From contig CAXXDN010000001.1 of the NCBI GenBank assembly GCA_963667465.2, positions 704,001 to 768,000 on the forward strand: 64,000 nucleotides of DNA, read 5' to 3'. Numbering within the stretch: the stretch's first letter is position 1; each line of letters opens with the position of its first letter. Under the pieces are notes generated by a model that worked only from the letters and a program-made list of their open reading frames with translations, was not told the origin of the DNA and made no database searches. This document shows positions 29,401 through 38,314 of the stretch, piece after piece. Both the position numbers and the translations under genes were made by a program. Source of the DNA: Dehalococcoidia bacterium (GTDB taxonomy: Bacteria > Chloroflexota > Dehalococcoidia > UBA2979).

Positions 29401-29816
29401 GCGGCATCCTGCTGCTGGCGTTCGCCGGGGCGATGGGGGCGGCGCTGCTCGGCTTCGTCGTCTCGCTGGCGATCACGCTGCGCGGCCGCACCGTGGAGGT
29501 GGCCGTGCTGCGCTCGCTCGGCGCCTCGCGGCGGGAGCTGCTGCGCGCGTTCGCCTTCGAGTGGGGCGTGGTGCTGCTCTTCGGATCGCTGATCGGCGTG
29601 CTGCTGGGCCGCTGGATCTCGCGGCTGATGCTGCAGTTCCTGGAGGTCACGGAGACGGGTACGCGGGTGGTGCCGGAGTTCTCCGTGCAGACAGAGTGGC
29701 CACTGCTCTCGATCGGCGTGGCCCTGCTGGTCCTCGCGGCCACGTTGACGCTCTGGACGGCCTGGCGAGCGGTGCTGCGGCGCGCGGGCGCCGGCGCGTT
29801 GCGACTGACGCAGTAG
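26433..29816 (+). CDS. Large FtsX/MacB-type ABC permease (1127 aa), paralogue of the divergent permease
   Basis: RQAQEVAVYRSRGA; RTVEVAVLRSLG; same layout including ADPxLL and LRYxLD motifs. Confidence 0.88.
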   Translation: MGELFSVWRFALRRFAANWPLMLLVGAGALLATTVLAAAPIYTDTMSDIGLRFRLDRELDKPSERAVGLYADGLRLGDPVQLAQTRAFREVTEARVGWLGPEILVEQRSNPAVVSFVSAADGSERRSWPGRLVHLSGYENHVEVVAGRLPSPRAEVAEVVLPDGFQREAAVGDRILITAGRYDDCRRVPPAEDAEVAADEVICRPTTFVAASLNAEVVGFVRPNDPADLRWQFFEDGWSVPAEPPRGRSFFGPSGGMPLLTSGEYFSGALTTQLPELLSRYRAGVVPDLQGLAVRDVPRALDDLALWPSDLRDGLGLFVGGRIEFAEALAQFRNSSTFSQVPLLLLLLQVAGVVAFYIVVLTALARERQAQEVAVYRSRGASTAQLLGLTLAEGLLIAVPAALLGPLLAVLAVSALGYTPAFAAITGGEALSASFSEDAVLLAAAGAVLALVAMLLPAIGAVRRAIVDAKREQARPPGRNWFRRYHLDLGLVALAVLLFWQLERRGAVFDPQSVGGWQADPLLLLSPLVMTAAAAVLVLRLYSPLLRLIAWLLRPLRGTAVTLGIGRAGRDPAASARLLLLVSTAVAVGAFAASYAPTVDQSFADRARYSYGVDLRSSVAGFEGAEADAGLARLRAQEGVEQALVVHRSSAGLPGGGQVRLLAIDDREAAASMLWFREDFADEPPARLLSRLDLGVPLENGIALPDDTIGFALDVYAEITPRTGRLRAWVVDAAGKYHEAVFGAPVAGEWVELEAQFRTVPTPPLALVSLQTTDRRILVNNDGALFLDDLTARRSGGERVLVEDFEGEFDWTMYSQGGSSETFGPSDERAQSGQQSARWTWTREVGERSRVFAPINPAVPVNAIFSENALAFFGVQPGGRATALLGDGFEAPLIARGSARLFPTLDPSGFVVVDYEQFRVLTGAIAAEGQRKPSELWIDFAEGVTIEQQLAVSALTQDPEWIGFEVGEPLLLADRLDEIAADPTLQASGGGILLLAFAGAMGAALLGFVVSLAITLRGRTVEVAVLRSLGASRRELLRAFAFEWGVVLLFGSLIGVLLGRWISRLMLQFLEVTETGTRVVPEFSVQTEWPLLSIGVALLVLAATLTLWTAWRAVLRRAGAGALRLTQ

Positions 29817-29835
29817 CAGGCGGCGAGGGAGGACG

Positions 29836-30243
29836 GTGAGCATGATCCCTGCCTGGCGCTGGCGCTCCGTGGCGACGACCGGCTTCGTGCTCGCCGTCGT
29901 GTTCGCGGCGAGCGCCGCCGGCGGCTTTCTGCTGGAGCACGAGCCCGTCCCCGACGAGCGCCGCATCTTCATCGACCGTGAGGCGCCCCCGCCCGGCCCG
30001 CGCGAGTTCAGCGGCGGCGAGGTGACGGAGGTCGGCGGCGGCCGGATCGCGATCCGCACGCCCGAGGGCAGCGCCGAATTCGAGCTGCATCCCGGCGCGT
30101 CCAGCGAGGAGCTGCGCCGCACCACGGAGCCGCGCTTCGCGCCCGGCGACGCCGTCAACCTCGGCGGGGAGCAGAGCGACTTCGGCCTCGTGCTCACCGG
30201 CGTGGTGGCGCTCGAACCGGCAAACGAGGACGTGTGGCCGTGA
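29836..30243 (+). CDS. Hypothetical membrane-anchored protein
   Basis: N-terminal TM, beta-rich body (GEVTEV...FAPGDAV); co-oriented, overlaps next gene. Confidence 0.6.
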   Translation: MSMIPAWRWRSVATTGFVLAVVFAASAAGGFLLEHEPVPDERRIFIDREAPPPGPREFSGGEVTEVGGGRIAIRTPEGSAEFELHPGASSEELRRTTEPRFAPGDAVNLGGEQSDFGLVLTGVVALEPANEDVWP

Positions 30244-30728
30244 GCGCGCGCGAGCGCCGGTCGGCGCGGCGCCTGCCGTGGGCGCTGGTGGCCGCGATCA
30301 CGATCGCCGCCATCACCGCCGCCGCCCTCGGTGGCCTCTCGCTCGGCCGGTGGGCCGGCGCGCGCGCGAGCGAGCCGACGGTCGTGCAGCTCGTGATCGA
30401 GGATCCGGCGCTGTCCGCCGCGCCCGCGATCGAGGGCTGGATCTCGGACGGCGGATTCACCGGCTTTGGCGGGCTGCCTGCGCTGCCGGGCGAGGTCTGG
30501 CGGCGGGCGCGCGTCATCGAGTCGGAGCCCGGCCGCCTCGTGATCGACTCGCAGGGCACGACGACGACGGTTAGCTTCAGCCAGCCGCTGCGCCTCTTCG
30601 AGATCGCGCCGCTGGACGCCGTCGAGGTTGGCGACATCGCCGTGCTGCGCTTCGTCGACGGGGTCGTGGAGGCGGTGCTGGTCGTGCCGCCGGACCTGGA
30701 GCAGGGCAGCGGTGTTTCGTCCCCGTAG
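30240..30728 (+). CDS. Hypothetical membrane-anchored protein
   Basis: N-terminal TM, beta-rich body (VEVGDIAV); start GTG 30240 or 30234. Confidence 0.6.
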   Translation: MSARERRSARRLPWALVAAITIAAITAAALGGLSLGRWAGARASEPTVVQLVIEDPALSAAPAIEGWISDGGFTGFGGLPALPGEVWRRARVIESEPGRLVIDSQGTTTTVSFSQPLRLFEIAPLDAVEVGDIAVLRFVDGVVEAVLVVPPDLEQGSGVSSP

Positions 30729-30731
30729 CAG

Positions 30732-31787
30732 GTGGAGCGCGGCGTGACGCCCTCGGCGGCGCCAGCGTCCGAAGCGCGCCCGGTGGACCTTGGCCCGCAG
30801 CGCCTCAGCCCGCAGCGGCTGGGGCGGATCCGCTCGTTGCTGCTCACCTGGTACGAGGTCCACGGCGAGGACTTCCCCTGGCGGGACGCGCGCAACCCCT
30901 ACTGGGCGCTGGTCGCGGGTGTCTGCTCGCAGCAGACGCAGATGCGGCGCGTGCTCCCGCTCTGGCGGCGCTGGATCAAGGCGTTCCCGGCGCTCGAATC
31001 CCTCGCGACGGCCGATCGCGCCGAGGTGCTGCGCGTCTGGGGAAACGCCGGCTACCCGCGGCGCGCGCTGCACCTGCAGGAGGCCGCGCGCCGTTGCCGC
31101 GACTTGCATGGCGGGCGGTTGCCTCGCGACGAGGCGGCGCTGCTCGCGTTGCCCGGCGTCGGGCCGTTCACCGCCGCGATTGTGCGCAGCTTCGGCTTCG
31201 GCGAGGACGCACCCGCCCTCGACACGAACGTTGCGAGGGTGCTGGGGCGGCTGCTGCACGGCGACCTCCAGCCGGCGCGCGAGACGCCCCCGGCGGCGCT
31301 GCGGGAGGGCGCGCGGCGGCTGCTGCGGCCGGGCACGGCCGCGCGCTGGAACCCCGCGCTCATGGACTACGGTGCGCGTGTCTGCCTGCCCCGCCCGCGC
31401 TGCGAGGAGTGCGTGGTCGCCTCCTGGTGCGCGGCGCGCCCGCGCTTCGCAGCGGGTGAGCAGGCCGAGCCGCTGCGCGCACAGCCGCCCTTCGAGGGCT
31501 CCGACCGGCAGTGGCGGGGCCGCATCCTGGCCGCGCTGCGTGCAGCGCCGCAGCCTCAGCCGGTGGAGGGACTGCTGGGGACGCTGCGCGAGAGCGGGAG
31601 ACGGGGCACGCCCTCGCCGGCGCGGCTGCGGAGGCTGCTCGATCGCCTCTGCGCGGAGGGCTTCGCGTGGCGGCGCGGCGGCTGCTGTGGCCTCGGCGCG
31701 CCGCCCGGGGAGGACGCGACGGGCGCGGACGGTCCCGACTCTGCTAGCCTGCTCGCCGCGAGCGACGGGAGGGGTGACGATGGCTGA
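30732..31787 (+). CDS. mutY: MutY-like HhH-GPD glycosylase with 4Fe-4S motif
   Basis: FPWR, QQT, LPGVGPFTA (HhH), LDTNVARV, ALMDYG..CLPRPRCEEC....WC; catalytic Glu position is Gly. Confidence 0.8.
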   Translation: MERGVTPSAAPASEARPVDLGPQRLSPQRLGRIRSLLLTWYEVHGEDFPWRDARNPYWALVAGVCSQQTQMRRVLPLWRRWIKAFPALESLATADRAEVLRVWGNAGYPRRALHLQEAARRCRDLHGGRLPRDEAALLALPGVGPFTAAIVRSFGFGEDAPALDTNVARVLGRLLHGDLQPARETPPAALREGARRLLRPGTAARWNPALMDYGARVCLPRPRCEECVVASWCAARPRFAAGEQAEPLRAQPPFEGSDRQWRGRILAALRAAPQPQPVEGLLGTLRESGRRGTPSPARLRRLLDRLCAEGFAWRRGGCCGLGAPPGEDATGADGPDSASLLAASDGRGDDG

Positions 31788-32439
31788 GTCCGGCGACCGC
31801 ATGGTCTACGACGACGGCGACGTGACAATCGAGATGCTCAGCGACGTCGGCCCGTACGGGAACGACGCCTACATCGTGCGGCCCGCCGGTGGCGGCGGGG
31901 TCACACTGATCGACGTACCCGGCGGCTACGAGGTGGTGCTCGAGGCACTCGGCGACGCGCCAGTCGAGCGTGTCGTTGTGACGCACTCGCACCGCGATCA
32001 CTGGGACGGCTTCGACGTGATGCGGGCGGCGATCGACGCGCCCGTCTACGCCGGGGCCGAGGAGACCGAGATCGATCCCGCGCGCGGAGTGGAGCGCCTG
32101 GCCGACGGCGCGGAGGTCGCGATCGGCAGGGCGACGATGCGGGTGATCCATACGCCGGGGCACACGCCCGGCTCGATCTGCCTGCTGCTCGGCGGAGCGC
32201 TGTTCAGCGGCGACACGCTCTTCCCCGGCGGTCCCGGCGCCTCGCGCTCGAACGAGCTGCTACAGCAGGAGATCGCCTCGATCACCTCGCGGCTCTACCC
32301 GCTGCCGGACGAGACGCTGGTGCTGCCGGGGCACGGTCCCCGCACCACGATCGGCGAGTCCCGCAGCGAGTACGAGGTGTTCGCCTCCCGTGGGCATGAC
32401 CCGGATCTGCACGGCGACGTGCTCTGGCTGGAATCCTGA
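31780..32439 (+). CDS. Metallo-beta-lactamase fold hydrolase
   Basis: THSHRDH, HTPGHTPG, SGDTLF, PGHG. Confidence 0.9.
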   Translation: MAESGDRMVYDDGDVTIEMLSDVGPYGNDAYIVRPAGGGGVTLIDVPGGYEVVLEALGDAPVERVVVTHSHRDHWDGFDVMRAAIDAPVYAGAEETEIDPARGVERLADGAEVAIGRATMRVIHTPGHTPGSICLLLGGALFSGDTLFPGGPGASRSNELLQQEIASITSRLYPLPDETLVLPGHGPRTTIGESRSEYEVFASRGHDPDLHGDVLWLES

Positions 32440-32556
32440 CGCTCGGGCCGCCTCGGCCGGCCGTGCCGCGGGGCGTTGGACCGCTGGCGAACGGCTCCCT
32501 AGGATTCGCCAGCGCGCCTCCACTCAGCGGCGGCGGTGCGGGCGAGGAGCCCTGCC

Positions 32557-33843
32557 ATGAGCGTTGATTCGCGGCCACACGTCTCAACGCTCGACAACGG
32601 CATCCAGCTCGTGCTCAGCGAGCTGCCCCACGCGCGCTCCGTCTCGATCTCGATCTATGTCCGCGCCGGGCAGCGCTACGAGGCCGCGCCGGCCGACGCC
32701 GGCATCTCGCACTTCGTCGAGCACCTCTGTTTCAAGGGCACGGAGCGCCGCCCCGGCCCGCGCCACGTCGCGGCGGAGATCGACAACCTCGGCGGCTCGA
32801 TCAACGCCGCCACCGACCGTGAACTGACGGTCTACTACGGCAAGGTCACGCCCGATCGCTTCGCCGAAGCGCTCGATCTGCTCGTCGACATGCTGCGCGG
32901 CTCGCTCTGCCGCGAGGAGGAGATCGAGCGTGAGCGCGGCGTGATCCTCGAGGAGCTCGCGGGCGTCGAGGATGCACCGGACGAGCAGGTGAGCGTGCTG
33001 CTGGACGGGCTGCTCTGGCCCGGCGAGCCGCTGGGACGTGACATCGCCGGTGCGCCGCAATCGATCGCCGCGCTCAGCGCCGACCGGCTGCGCGACTACT
33101 ACCAGGACCAGTACGTCGCCAACTCGGTCGTGATCTCGATCGCCGGAGCGCTGCCTGCCGGCGAGGCGCGCGATCAGACTGCGGGCGCCGTCGGCGACTG
33201 GTCCGCGGGCGAACCGGTGGACTGGGTTCGCGCCGCTGGCGATCCGTCCGGTCCGGGGCTGCGGCTGCTGCAGAAGGAGACGGAACAGGCGCACCTCGCG
33301 CTCGGCCTGCGCGGCCTGGACTCGCGAGACGAGGACCGCCATGCCCTCGCCCTGCTCTCGATCGTGCTCGGCGAGGGGATGTCCTCGCGGCTCTTCCTGC
33401 GCCTGCGCGAGGAGCTGGGGCTCTGCTACGACGTGCACAGTTCCGCCGCGTACCTGCGCGACACCGGCGCGTTCGCCGTCCACGCGGGCGTCGATCCGGC
33501 GAACGCCGCGGAGACGGTGCGCGAGATCGTTGCCGCGCTCGCCTGCCTGCACTCCCCGATCGAGGCCGGTGAGCTGGCGCGCGCCAAGCAGGTGGTGCGC
33601 TCGCGTATCCAGCTGCAGCTGGAGGACACCCGCTCCGTCTCTGCCTGGCATGGCTCGCGGCTGGCCCTCGGCCTGCCGCTGCGCCAGCCCGAGGAGGCGA
33701 TCGCCGGATTCGAGCGCGTCACGATCGAGGACGTCGAACGCGTGGCGCGCCGGCTCGTGCGCGGCGATCGCCTGCAGCTGGCGGCGATCGGCCCGATCGC
33801 CGACGCCACGGCGCTCGAGGAGGCGCTGCGGATCGCGGACTGA
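32557..33843 (+). CDS. M16 family zinc peptidase
   Basis: GISHFVEHLCFKGT (HxxEH), ERERGVILEE, SSRLF..LREELGL. Confidence 0.92.
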   Translation: MSVDSRPHVSTLDNGIQLVLSELPHARSVSISIYVRAGQRYEAAPADAGISHFVEHLCFKGTERRPGPRHVAAEIDNLGGSINAATDRELTVYYGKVTPDRFAEALDLLVDMLRGSLCREEEIERERGVILEELAGVEDAPDEQVSVLLDGLLWPGEPLGRDIAGAPQSIAALSADRLRDYYQDQYVANSVVISIAGALPAGEARDQTAGAVGDWSAGEPVDWVRAAGDPSGPGLRLLQKETEQAHLALGLRGLDSRDEDRHALALLSIVLGEGMSSRLFLRLREELGLCYDVHSSAAYLRDTGAFAVHAGVDPANAAETVREIVAALACLHSPIEAGELARAKQVVRSRIQLQLEDTRSVSAWHGSRLALGLPLRQPEEAIAGFERVTIEDVERVARRLVRGDRLQLAAIGPIADATALEEALRIAD

Positions 33844-33870
33844 GCGGCGCCGCGCCGCCCACCGGGCGGC

Positions 33871-34092
33871 ACACGTAAGCAGCCGGGCCGCCCATCGGGC
33901 GCGGTACAGGGGCTGCCCCGGTAAGCAGCCGGGCGGCCGATTGGGCGCGGTACTGGGGCGGCAGAGGTAAGCAGCCGCGCCGCCCATTGGGCAGCACAGG
34001 CAAGCAGCCGGGCCGCCCATTGGGCAGCACAGGCAAGCAGCCGCGCCGCCCATTGGGCAGCACAGGCAAGCAGCCGGGCCGCCCAATGGGCG
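33871..34092. repeat. Intergenic tandem repeat, six copies of an about 26-nt core, periods 46,46,33,33,33
   Basis: AAGCAGCCG at 33877, 33923, 33969, 34002, 34035, 34068; unit CCCATTGGGCAGCACAGGCAAGCAGCCG(C/G)GCCG. Confidence 0.85.
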
Positions 34093-34124
34093 GCCCGCTG
34101 GCGTACTCGTCCCCGGGGGCGAGG

Positions 34125-35828
<1,704 letters not shown>

Positions 35829-36131
35829 CTACTTTCCGTCGACGAGCTTGGCCAGCACGTCCTGGAAGCGGATGATGATGTACTCGACGTTGTCGACGGT
35901 GATGTCCTGGCCCGTGTACTTCTGGTAGAGCACGCGGTCGCCTGCATCCAGCTCCATCGTCTCCATCACGCCGGCGTCATTGGTCTTGCCGGGGCCCACG
36001 GCGACGACGTGGCCGTGCTGCGGCTTCTCCTTGGCGGAGTCCGGAATCACCAGTCCGGACGCGGTGATCTCCTCTTCCTTGACGGACTGCAGCACGATGT
36101 GGTCCGTCAAGGGAACGACTGAAGTACTCAA
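35829..36131 (-). CDS. groES: Co-chaperonin GroES
   Basis: PLTDHI, TASGLVIPDSAKEKP, AVGPG; TTG start after GGGAGG RBS. Confidence 0.95.
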   Translation of the reverse strand: MSTSVVPLTDHIVLQSVKEEEITASGLVIPDSAKEKPQHGHVVAVGPGKTNDAGVMETMELDAGDRVLYQKYTGQDITVDNVEYIIIRFQDVLAKLVDGK

Positions 36132-36187
36132 TTCACTGTCCTCCCGATTGCCTGTTTCGTTGTTCAGCGATCTGTTCGCGCCGAATC

Positions 36188-36214
36188 TTAGCACTCTCCC
36201 CGTTAGAGTGCTAG
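36188..36214. promoter_or_regulatory. CIRCE (HrcA operator)
   Basis: TTAGCACTC-N9-GAGTGCTAG upstream of groES, one mismatch to consensus. Confidence 0.95.
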
Positions 36215-36283
36215 CGTGACGCGCTACATGAATTCGTGTACCTTCCGGGCGGCAGCGTGGCGCCGGCGGAAGCAGGCCCGGGG

Positions 36284-36580
36284 ATGACGGAGCAAGAGCC
36301 CCGCTACGGCGATCGGCTTGGCGATCGATACCGTCGTCCGCCGCCCGGCGATGGCGCGTGGCGCGCGGAAGAGGTGCGCGCGCTGCGCGGCCACCTCGGC
36401 GAGACGCAGCGTCAGTTCGCGGACCGCATCGGCACCAACCAGCAGACCGTCTCCGAGTGGGAGCGCCGCGCGCGCCGGCCGCGCCGGATGGCGCGGCGGC
36501 TGCTGCAGCTCGTTGCCGAGCAGGCCGGCTTCTACCGCCTCGACGGCACGGAGCGCGGGACGGACGGCCCGGAACGATGA
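36284..36580 (+). CDS. XRE-type HTH protein
   Basis: VRALRGHLGETQRQFADRIGTNQQTVSEWE. Confidence 0.85.
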   Translation: MTEQEPRYGDRLGDRYRRPPPGDGAWRAEEVRALRGHLGETQRQFADRIGTNQQTVSEWERRARRPRRMARRLLQLVAEQAGFYRLDGTERGTDGPER

Positions 36581-37743
36581 GCGCAGCGCTGATCGCCGAA
36601 GCGCCCGCGCGGCCGGCGGTGCACGCCGTGCGCGAGTCCGCCCCGCCGCCCTACCGGCTGCGGCCGCGCCCCGGGACGCCGCCCGCGGAGGCAGCGGACG
36701 GGCGGCTGCTGGAGCACGAGCTGGTCGCGCTCTGGCTGCTCGGCCGGACGCCGCCGCAGGCGCTGCCCTGGCCGCTGCTGCGGCCCGGCCGCGCCGGGCG
36801 CGGGCCCGGTCCGGACGTGCGCGAGGCGGCGTTCCTGCTGCCCGAGGGCGTCGTGCGCAGCGGCCCCGTGGAGGTGCACCTGCGGGCCAGCGACTTCCTG
36901 CGCCACGGCCACGATCGTGATCCCGCCTACGGCGCGCTCGTGCTGCACCTCGTCTGGATCGACGACCGCGCGGAGCCCGGTGGACCGCAGCCGCTGCCGG
37001 GCGGTGGACTCGCGCCCACGAGCGCGGTCGGCCCGGCGCTGGACGCTGATCCCGCACGGCTGCGCAGGCTGCTGCGGCTCGGCCCCGGCGGGACGGAGCC
37101 GTGCGCCGCGGCGGCCACGCGGCGCGGCGCCGGGGAGACCACGGCGCTGCTGCGCGCCGAGGGGCGGCGGCGCATGGCGGAGCTGGTCTGGCGCGCCGGC
37201 GCGCTGGCCGCCGGGCAGGGCTGGCACGGGGCCTGGGTGCGGCTGCTGCTGCGCGCGCTGGAGGCCTCCGCCGGTCGCCGCCGCGAGACGCCGCAGGCGC
37301 GTCTCGAGCTCGCCGCCGCGATCGGCCGCGCCCTCGGCGGCGAGCCGCTGCGCCGCCTCGCGGAGCTGGCTGCCGCCGGGCGGCCGGGCCCGCTGATCGA
37401 GGGGCTGCGCGGCGAACGGCTGATCGGTCGCGGGCGCGCGGCGGAGCTGGGCTGGAACGCCGCGCTGCCGCTGCTCGCCGCGCAGGCGGCGGCCTTCGGG
37501 GACCTCGCGCTGGCGCGCCGCAGCGCGGCGCTGATCGAGACCTGGCCGGCGCCCCGCCCCTACGGCCGCACGCTCGCACTGCGCCGCCTGCTCGGACCGT
37601 CGGCGCGCGGGGCGGGCGCGCTCCACGCGCAGGGGCTGCTGCACATGCAGGACCTGTGGTGCCGGCGCGGCGGCTGCGGCGTCTGCCCGCTCTCCGCAGA
37701 TGGCGCGGACGGCGCGGACGGCGCGGTCGGGCGAGCGGACTGA
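36577..37743 (+). CDS. DUF2851-like protein
   Basis: GPD...GPVEVH.RASDF..HGH..DPAY..LVLH motif, C-terminal AQGLL..C...GC..CPL; ATGA overlap with HTH gene. Confidence 0.7.
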   Translation: MSAALIAEAPARPAVHAVRESAPPPYRLRPRPGTPPAEAADGRLLEHELVALWLLGRTPPQALPWPLLRPGRAGRGPGPDVREAAFLLPEGVVRSGPVEVHLRASDFLRHGHDRDPAYGALVLHLVWIDDRAEPGGPQPLPGGGLAPTSAVGPALDADPARLRRLLRLGPGGTEPCAAAATRRGAGETTALLRAEGRRRMAELVWRAGALAAGQGWHGAWVRLLLRALEASAGRRRETPQARLELAAAIGRALGGEPLRRLAELAAAGRPGPLIEGLRGERLIGRGRAAELGWNAALPLLAAQAAAFGDLALARRSAALIETWPAPRPYGRTLALRRLLGPSARGAGALHAQGLLHMQDLWCRRGGCGVCPLSADGADGADGAVGRAD

Positions 37744-37985
37744 GCACTGCGGTTGAGGCGGGGGGACTCAAGCCCCAGATCGGCGGCCACGATCAGGCAC
37801 AGGACGGTGGGCACGATCGACCGCAAGCGGTCCACCCGGGAGTGGCCGCGCGCGAGCAGTGTCAGCACCCGGCACAGCGCAGCCAGGGCGACGTATAGCT
37901 CCAGCGCCGTGCTGTACGGGGTACCCGTCAGCGGATGATCGATGAAGCTGACACGTTCTCAAGCTGGCACGCTCTCAATGCTGGC

Positions 37986-38288
37986 TCAATCGGCGTGCAG
38001 CACGGCCTCCTCAATCGTGCGGTCGACGATCTCGGCGCGGCCGAGCAGCTCGCCGGCGGCGAAGCGCTGCGCCTCGTCGGTCAGCCGCCGCGCGGTCGCG
38101 AGGTCGCCGGAGACGACGGCGAAGCCGATCAGCGCGCGCTGTCGCTGATCCTGCGCGCCCACCTCGGCGGCGCTGAGCTCGAGCCGCCCGCGCAGTCGCG
38201 CGGTCAGCGAGCGCACCACGGCGCGCTTCTCCTTGAGGCTGCGCACGCCCGGCAGGTGCAGCGTCAGCAGCACGCTGATCGTGACCAT
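37986..38288 (-). CDS. DUF503 (YlxP-like) protein
   Basis: LHLPGVRSLKEKRAVVRSL...AEVGAQD. Confidence 0.85.
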   Translation of the reverse strand: MVTISVLLTLHLPGVRSLKEKRAVVRSLTARLRGRLELSAAEVGAQDQRQRALIGFAVVSGDLATARRLTDEAQRFAAGELLGRAEIVDRTIEEAVLHAD

Positions 38289-38314
38289 CGCCGGGCCCGC
38301 CGCGCAGCTCGCGC

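Noticed and set aside
26403-31802. 1799-aa minus-strand ORF and other long antisense ORFs (146-2659, 33987-35774, 51312-53066)
   Set aside because: Shadow frames of well-supported genes in high-GC DNA; Arg/Ala-rich with no motifs
33871-34092. Possible CRISPR array
   Set aside because: Intervening segments are only about 7-20 nt and similar or identical to each other; no cas genes or AT-rich leader in the window
37745-37988. Hydrophobic frame continuing past the DUF503 stop (possible Sec read-through)
   Set aside because: Needs two UGA read-throughs, DUF503 is already complete, no SECIS-like hairpin or Cys context is evident, and the frame runs into the convergent gene
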